A stretch of 55,958 nt of DNA, from positions 1-55,958 of IMG/VR virus record IMGVR_UViG_3300014720_000044; one strand, written 5' to 3'. The notes beneath the pieces are model-generated. The model saw only the letters and a list, made by a program, of their open reading frames with translations. It was not told the DNA's origin and ran no database searches. Positions 50,511-55,958 of the stretch are shown piece by piece. Position 1 is the stretch's first letter. The number at the start of each line of letters is the position of its first letter. The translations under genes and the position numbers were made by a program. This DNA is from a virus. Lineage: Duplodnaviria; Caudoviricetes.

Positions 50511-51371
50511 ATGGCAAAAAATTTACTAAAGCAAGTTATGGTACAAAGTACCGAAAAGAAAAAAGCAAATTCTGGAGAAGACACAAGTTTTGTAGATGGT
50601 TTGGCAGATGCAATTAATGCTGGGTATCTTGCAAAAATAAAACCAAAATTTACTAAGAAGTCAAACTTTTCTGCTTCAGCACTAACATATGGGGCTGGAG
50701 AATGTCCACGATATTGGTATCTGGCCTTTGACGGTGCAGTTCATTACGATAATGCCGATGCTTATGGTGTGGCAAATAGAACTCAAGGAAGTCTAGGGCA
50801 TGGAAGAATTCAGGATGCCATAGAAGCATCTGGACTTCTTGCACAAGATATGGAGTTTGATAAACTTCAACGAAAATATAATAAACAAACTCATCCAGCA
50901 ATGGAGTTTAGAGTCAAGGTTGATGATCCACCATTTGATGGTTATGGAGACGTCATGCTTGACTATAAGGGTGAAAGGCTAGTTGGAGAAATTAAAACTA
51001 TGCCAAATGAGGGATTCGAATATAAAAAAGCAAGTCGAAAACCAAAGATGGCACATCTTATGCAGTTGTTGATGTATATGAAGGTATGGAAGATTGGTAA
51101 GGGAGTTCTAATTTATGAAAATAAAAATAATCATGAGTTGCTTACTTTACCAGTAGTAGTAAACAATCATTACCGTCGGTGGGTAGACCAGGCATTTGAT
51201 TGGATGAAAACAGTATACAAGTCTTGGCAAAATAGGGAGTTACCGCAAAAGCCCTATCGATCTAATTCTAAGATTTGTAAAGTCTGTCCAATTCAAAAAG
51301 CATGTGCAGAAGCAGAGACAGGGGTAATTAAACTTAAACCTCTGGAGTTGCTAGAAGATGAAGCATTGTAG
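50511..51371 (+). CDS. Cas4-like PD-(D/E)XK exonuclease
   Basis: N-terminal CPR, GxGD...EIKT, QLxxY, C-terminal CKVCPIQKAC giving four Fe-S-type Cys; TGGTATAAT at 50485-50493. Confidence 0.8.
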   Translation: MAKNLLKQVMVQSTEKKKANSGEDTSFVDGLADAINAGYLAKIKPKFTKKSNFSASALTYGAGECPRYWYLAFDGAVHYDNADAYGVANRTQGSLGHGRIQDAIEASGLLAQDMEFDKLQRKYNKQTHPAMEFRVKVDDPPFDGYGDVMLDYKGERLVGEIKTMPNEGFEYKKASRKPKMAHLMQLLMYMKVWKIGKGVLIYENKNNHELLTLPVVVNNHYRRWVDQAFDWMKTVYKSWQNRELPQKPYRSNSKICKVCPIQKACAEAETGVIKLKPLELLEDEAL

Positions 51372-51633
51372 TTGGTGCGATAATACTTTTAAATCAGATA
51401 TTTCATATCAGATATATTGTTCAAGTGAATGTCGTGAGGCAGCCACTAAAGAAAAAATATCAGAAAGATATATAGTATCAAGAAGGCAAAAGCGCAAGGG
51501 CAAAAACAGACGCTGTAAAATGTGTCAGGCAAAGTTGTCTATCTATAACGATGAAACACTTTGTAATAACTGTAATATTAATCCATCAGATGTTCAAAAA
51601 GCACTGAAAGAAATTAAAGGAAACTTAAAATGA
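51358..51633 (+). CDS. Cys-rich zinc-binding protein
   Basis: CSWC, YCSSEC, CKMC, CNNC. Confidence 0.65.
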   Translation: MKHCSWCDNTFKSDISYQIYCSSECREAATKEKISERYIVSRRQKRKGKNRRCKMCQAKLSIYNDETLCNNCNINPSDVQKALKEIKGNLK

Positions 51634-52199
51634 GTAGGCCAGAAAGAATATGTGCTATTGATGCAAGTACAAATAGTCTTGCCTATGCAACATTTCATGG
51701 AAAACACCTAAAAGAGTGGGGAAAGGTTAATTTTGAGGGAAAAGATATTTATGAAAAGGTTGTTGATGCTGGAAGAAAGTCTAAGGGCCTATTTGATCAT
51801 GTAATAAATGTAGATGCAATTATAATTGAGCATACTGTATTTATGAACAGCCCTAAAACTGCTGCAGACTTAGCCCTAGTTCAAGGTGCTTTGTTGGGTG
51901 CTGCTGGTCAATCTGGTATTCGTATTATTGGCAAGGTATCTACAATAACATGGCAAAACTATCTAGGGAATAAAAGACTTACAAAAGAAGAACAGATAAA
52001 GATTAGATCTTCAAATCCTGGCAAGTCAGACTCCTGGTATAAATCATACGAAAGAGATTTCAGGAAACAAAGAACTATTAAGTTATTAGATGTTATTTAT
52101 GATAAAAAAATAACAGATTATGATGTAGCAGACGCATGTGGAATAGGTCATTGGGCTATTAATAATTGGTCTAAGGCAATCGGGTTTGACAAGGAGTAG
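51630..52199 (+). CDS. RuvC-like Holliday junction resolvase
   Basis: AIDAST, IIIEH and DVADACGIG acidic motifs. Confidence 0.8.
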   Translation: MSRPERICAIDASTNSLAYATFHGKHLKEWGKVNFEGKDIYEKVVDAGRKSKGLFDHVINVDAIIIEHTVFMNSPKTAADLALVQGALLGAAGQSGIRIIGKVSTITWQNYLGNKRLTKEEQIKIRSSNPGKSDSWYKSYERDFRKQRTIKLLDVIYDKKITDYDVADACGIGHWAINNWSKAIGFDKE

Positions 52200-52201
52200 G
52201 C

Positions 52202-52357
52202 ATGGCTGGTAAACTATATACAAGTGAGGCTTGGCTTCGTAAAAGATTTGTTATGGACAAAAAGTCTCCTCAAGAAATAGCAAAGGAGTGCGGAACTAGT
52301 GTTGAAACTATTTATGTATACCTTGCTAAATTTGGATTAAGGAAATCAAAGCGATGA
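52202..52357 (+). CDS. Small HTH protein (51 aa), absent from the ORF track
   Basis: AAGGAG RBS; MAGKLYTSEAWLRKRFVMDKKSPQEIAKECGTSVETIYVYLAKFGLRKSKR; ATGA overlap with the next gene. Confidence 0.75.
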   Translation: MAGKLYTSEAWLRKRFVMDKKSPQEIAKECGTSVETIYVYLAKFGLRKSKR

Positions 52358-52689
52358 CAAAAGAACCAGTTTTTCCAGACTCAAAAGAATTTAATTGTCA
52401 AGAGTTATATCTTTTAACAGTAGGAACAGAAGCAGGTAGAGAAATTTGGGATACCTGTCATGAGATTGCACATATGCTAATTAAAAAGAATATTGCATAC
52501 GGAAACTCAGCCCTAGATCCTGTTCGTATATTTTCAAAGGCGGGACCAAGAGAGCAACTCCATGTCCGAATTGATGATAAATTAAATAGACTTATGAAGG
52601 GTACAGATTACCCAGGAGACAATGACATAGACGATTTGATAGGCTATTTAGTTCTTCTAAAGATTGCTAAGGAGAGACATGTCAACTGA
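52354..52689 (+). CDS. DUF1599/nucleotide-modification-associated domain protein
   Basis: KKNxAYGNS...RIDDKLxR...DLIGYLVL pattern. Confidence 0.65.
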   Translation: MTKEPVFPDSKEFNCQELYLLTVGTEAGREIWDTCHEIAHMLIKKNIAYGNSALDPVRIFSKAGPREQLHVRIDDKLNRLMKGTDYPGDNDIDDLIGYLVLLKIAKERHVN

Positions 52690-53215
52690 AGAAGATTTAG
52701 TCAAACATTTAGATCAAGTAAATAAAGTTGTTGAAGAGTATCTCAAAGGTAATGATGCAACTGTAATTTCTAAAGAGTTAGCCATTCCAAGAACTCGTGT
52801 AGTCCAATTAATAAATGAGTGGAAAGTTATGGCATCTGCTAATGATGCAATTCGTGCTCGTGCTAAAGAAGCATTAGCGTCAGCCGATGCACATTATAAT
52901 AAATTAATATCTAGATCTTATGAAGTTATTGATGAAGCAAGTTTAACTAATAATCTTGGTGCAAAAACTCAAGCAATTAAACTGGTGATGGATATTGAAT
53001 CAAGAAGAATCGATATGCTTCAAAAGGCAGGCTTGTTAGAGAATAAAGAACTTGCAGAGGAAATGGTAGAAATTGAAAAACGGCAAGAGGTTCTTGTTGA
53101 AATTTTAAAAGATATAGCGTCCGAATATCCACAAATACGTGATGAGATTATGCGTAGGCTGTCAAGCATTGCAAAACAAAATGAGACGGTGACTATCGTT
53201 CATGAAGTTCAATGA
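52679..53215 (+). CDS. Probable terminase small subunit (HTH plus coiled coil)
   Basis: Directly before terL; ISKELAIPRTRV HTH-like segment; start moved to ATG 52679 after AAGGAG. Confidence 0.55.
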   Translation: MSTEEDLVKHLDQVNKVVEEYLKGNDATVISKELAIPRTRVVQLINEWKVMASANDAIRARAKEALASADAHYNKLISRSYEVIDEASLTNNLGAKTQAIKLVMDIESRRIDMLQKAGLLENKELAEEMVEIEKRQEVLVEILKDIASEYPQIRDEIMRRLSSIAKQNETVTIVHEVQ

Positions 53216-54977
53216 TTTTTTAGAGGCTTTACAGGATAATCATTTTGAAGAAATTCCTGTAGATGTTAAAACATTTGTTGAGTCGCCAGAATATTTAGGA
53301 CAACCACCTTTATCTACAATTCAATACGATATTGTAGAAGCCATGAGTCAGATGTTATATAAAGAAGACCTACAGAGAATTATGGGCGAAGAAGATGGTG
53401 TTAGACATTATGAAAAATATACTAAGAATGAAATTATTTTACAATTAGGAAAGGGTAGCGGTAAAGACCATACTTCTACTGTAGCATGCGCTTATGTTGT
53501 TTATAAACTTCTGTGCCTTAAAGATCCAGCACGGTACTTTGGTAAACCACCTGGAGATGCTATAGATATTATCAACGTTGCGATTAACGCACAACAGGCT
53601 AAAAATGTTTTCTTTAAAGGTTTTAAAACTAAGATTGAGAAGTCTCCATGGTTTGCTGGAAAATATAATCCAAAGGCTGACTCTGTAGAGTTTAATAAAT
53701 CCATTACTGTTTATTCTGGTCATTCTGAGCGTGAGTCGCACGAAGGTCTTAATCTTATTATGGCAGTTCTTGATGAGATCTCTGGTTTTGCTACTGAAGT
53801 AGGAACTGGTAATGAACAAGGAAAAACTGCAGACAATATATATAAAGCGTTTCGTGCATCTGTAGATTCTCGTTTTCCAGATCTTGGTAAAGTGGTTCTT
53901 CTTTCATTCCCTCGTTTTCAAGGTGACTTTATTTCTCAAAGATATGATGAGGTTGTTGTTGATAAAGAGGTATTAGAAAAGTCACACACATTTATTATTA
54001 ATCCATTAATGCCAGAAACAGATCCAGATAATAGACTTGAGATTAAGTGGGAAGAAGATCACATCAAGGCTTATAAATATCCTGGAGTTTTTGCTCTCAA
54101 AAGACCAACATGGGATGTTAATCCAACAAGAAAGATAGATGATTTTAAGATTGCTTTTATCACAGACCTTGGAGATGCTATGCAAAGATTTGCTTGTATT
54201 CCAACATACTCTTCAGATGCATTTTTTAAACAGGTAGATAAAGTTCGTAATTGCATGACATTAAGAAATCCACTTGATCAATTTAGAAGATTTGAAGATA
54301 ATTTCAAACCAGATCCAGATAAAATATATTATGTACATGCTGACCTTGCACAAAAACATGATAAGTGTGCTGTAGCAATTGCACATGTTGATAAATGGGT
54401 AAACGTACAAGTTATCAAAGACTATCAGCAGATATCTCCAGTAGTTGTAGTTGACGCTGTAGCGTGGTGGGAACCTAAAATAGAGGGTCCAGTAAACTTA
54501 TCTGAAGTTAAGCAATGGATTCAGAATTTACGTAGATTAGGTTTCAATATAGGTATGGTTTCTTTCGATAGGTGGCAATCATTTGATATACAAAATGAAT
54601 TGCAGGCGGTAGGAATGAAAACCCAGACAGTATCGGTATCTAAAAAGCATTATGAAGACATGGCAATGTTAGTATATGAAGAAAGGCTTGCTATGCCATC
54701 TGTAGAAATTTTGTTCGAAGAATTGACAGAACTTAAAATTATGAGAAATGACAGAGTAGATCACCCAAGAAAAAAGTCCAAAGACTTGGCTGATGCTGTG
54801 TGCGGTGCTATTTTTGGTGCTATTTCTCATACTCCAAGGGATCAAAACCTTGAAGTTGAGATTCACACTTTCAAGGATAGGCCTAAGCAAGTTGACAGAC
54901 TTCCTGAGAACGTGATACAATATAAACCAATGCCAAAGGACGTCGAAGACTATCTTGGTAGGTTTAACTTACTATAA
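53202..54977 (+). CDS. terL: Terminase large subunit
   Basis: Walker A LGKGSGKD, QA, Walker B AVLDE, LLS coupling motif; nuclease HADLA, SFD, DHP...KDLADA. Confidence 0.92.
   Translation: MKFNDFLEALQDNHFEEIPVDVKTFVESPEYLGQPPLSTIQYDIVEAMSQMLYKEDLQRIMGEEDGVRHYEKYTKNEIILQLGKGSGKDHTSTVACAYVVYKLLCLKDPARYFGKPPGDAIDIINVAINAQQAKNVFFKGFKTKIEKSPWFAGKYNPKADSVEFNKSITVYSGHSERESHEGLNLIMAVLDEISGFATEVGTGNEQGKTADNIYKAFRASVDSRFPDLGKVVLLSFPRFQGDFISQRYDEVVVDKEVLEKSHTFIINPLMPETDPDNRLEIKWEEDHIKAYKYPGVFALKRPTWDVNPTRKIDDFKIAFITDLGDAMQRFACIPTYSSDAFFKQVDKVRNCMTLRNPLDQFRRFEDNFKPDPDKIYYVHADLAQKHDKCAVAIAHVDKWVNVQVIKDYQQISPVVVVDAVAWWEPKIEGPVNLSEVKQWIQNLRRLGFNIGMVSFDRWQSFDIQNELQAVGMKTQTVSVSKKHYEDMAMLVYEERLAMPSVEILFEELTELKIMRNDRVDHPRKKSKDLADAVCGAIFGAISHTPRDQNLEVEIHTFKDRPKQVDRLPENVIQYKPMPKDVEDYLGRFNLL
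54892..54921 (+). promoter_or_regulatory. Promoter TTGACA-N18-TACAAT with extended TG
   Basis: Inside the terL 3' end, facing the gene at 55003. Confidence 0.6.
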
Positions 54978-55002
54978 ACAAACAATAAGGAGAATAAATT
55001 AA

Positions 55003-55958
55003 ATGAAGTCATTTAAGAAAATCGCTCTAGCAATGGTTGCAGCCATGGCTATGGGCACATTAGTGTCAACACCTGCAAGTGCTAACACATTATCAGTAGT
55101 AGCAACTACATGGAATGCTGCTAAGGTTGGTGGCGCTGGGTACGACACACCTACAACAACTGGAACAACTACGGCGACTGCAATTGCTCGTCCAGCACCA
55201 GAAGACAACAAGATTGATAACGTAGATGTTATTCGTTTTGTTGCAACAGTTAACGCTGGAACTTCTGTTAGTGCAAGTGCAACAAATGCTACAATCGTTT
55301 CAGCACTACACTCAGACGCTTCTCCAGTATCTGCATTGTCAGGATCTTCATCTTTGACAGTTGCTACTGGAACAGGAACAGAGGCTGTATTTTTTGTATA
55401 CACAAAGACTACTGCAGTTGGAACAATTGTTTTGACAAATGGACCAACAACTCTTACATATTATATACAAGGTACTGTTGGTAAGATTAATAATCTTGCA
55501 GTTTCTGCTCCAGCATCTGCTTCTGCAGGAACTAAAGCAGATATTGTTGTAACCGCAACAGACGTATTCGGAAATAAGGTTTCTGGTAAGTCTATTACTG
55601 GTGCAGTATTCGCTGGACTTGGAACACTTGATTCCACAACAGCAACAACTGGAACAACACTGTCAGATTTTGGAACAGCAACCTTTAAGGTTACTTTGCC
55701 AACAACTGGCACACGTTCGCTGATTACATTTGCACCAACAACATCAACAGATGCAACATCTGCAGATGTAACTGGTCTACCTGCTCGTGTTCTTGCACCA
55801 TTTGCAGAAATTGCAGTTCGTGATCTTGTTTCAGAACTTGCTGCTGAGAAGGCTGCTCGTGCTGCTGATAAGGTAACTGCAGACGCTGCACTTGCTGCTG
55901 AGAAGGCTGCTCGTGCTGCTGATAAGGTAACTGCAGACGCTGCACTTGCTGCTGAGAA
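55003..55958 (+). CDS. Secreted Thr/Ala-rich surface-type protein with Ig-like segment, 3'-truncated, absent from the ORF track
   Basis: AAGGAG RBS; signal peptide MKSFKKIALAMVAAMAMGTLVSTPASA; VTATDVFGN Ig-like motif; frame open to the window end. Confidence 0.8.
   Translation, partial: MKSFKKIALAMVAAMAMGTLVSTPASANTLSVVATTWNAAKVGGAGYDTPTTTGTTTATAIARPAPEDNKIDNVDVIRFVATVNAGTSVSASATNATIVSALHSDASPVSALSGSSSLTVATGTGTEAVFFVYTKTTAVGTIVLTNGPTTLTYYIQGTVGKINNLAVSAPASASAGTKADIVVTATDVFGNKVSGKSITGAVFAGLGTLDSTTATTGTTLSDFGTATFKVTLPTTGTRSLITFAPTTSTDATSADVTGLPARVLAPFAEIAVRDLVSELAAEKAARAADKVTADAALAAEKAARAADKVTADAALAAE
55836..55958 (+). repeat. Perfect 54-nt tandem repeat (LAAEKAARAADKVTADAA), two full units plus a partial one
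   Basis: Units at 55836, 55890 and 55944; the window ends inside it. Confidence 0.92.

Noticed and set aside
50511-51371. CRISPR-Cas system
   Set aside because: Solo Cas4-like nuclease typical of phage recombination modules; no cas1/cas2 and no repeat-spacer array seen. All tandem repeats are in-frame coding repeats.
11-55945. Minus-strand and alternate-frame ORFs in the track (e.g. 11..532, 17842..18459, 25392..25946, 54999..55403)
   Set aside because: Shadows of + strand genes caused by repeats and codon bias; no RBS or recognisable motifs.
1-55958. tRNA genes, integrase, lysis genes
   Set aside because: None recognised; intergenic gaps are short. They may lie outside the window.

Overview
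An AT-rich 56 kb segment of a large tailed dsDNA phage (siphovirus-type), with all credible genes on the + strand and both ends cut inside genes. Order: fibre/accessory virion proteins (1-7.3 kb), three small accessory genes, class II ribonucleotide reductase, a large virion protein, portal, protease-scaffold, major capsid, head-tail and tail genes, a 2756 aa tape measure protein, minor tail genes, a replication/recombination block (DnaB-like helicase, primase, SSB-like, DnaE, MazG-like, RecA, two resolvase-like nucleases, Cas4-like exonuclease), terminase, and a secreted host-like surface protein. Gene content, leaderless promoters and the secreted protein suggest an actinobacterial host, possibly a low-GC freshwater one (inference). 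The standout is ORF 5238..7313: a 476-residue insert with 36 Cys whose spacings are mirror-symmetric to within 1 residue about a central aromatic loop. This implies a very long antiparallel hairpin cross-linked by up to 18 nested Cys pairs, followed by three candidate helper genes. Also notable: tail-chaperone G and GT encoded as two separate paralogous genes rather than by a frameshift, three DnaA boxes between the portal and protease genes, and a possible His-Me nuclease motif inside the tape measure protein. All family assignments come from motif recognition, not database searches.
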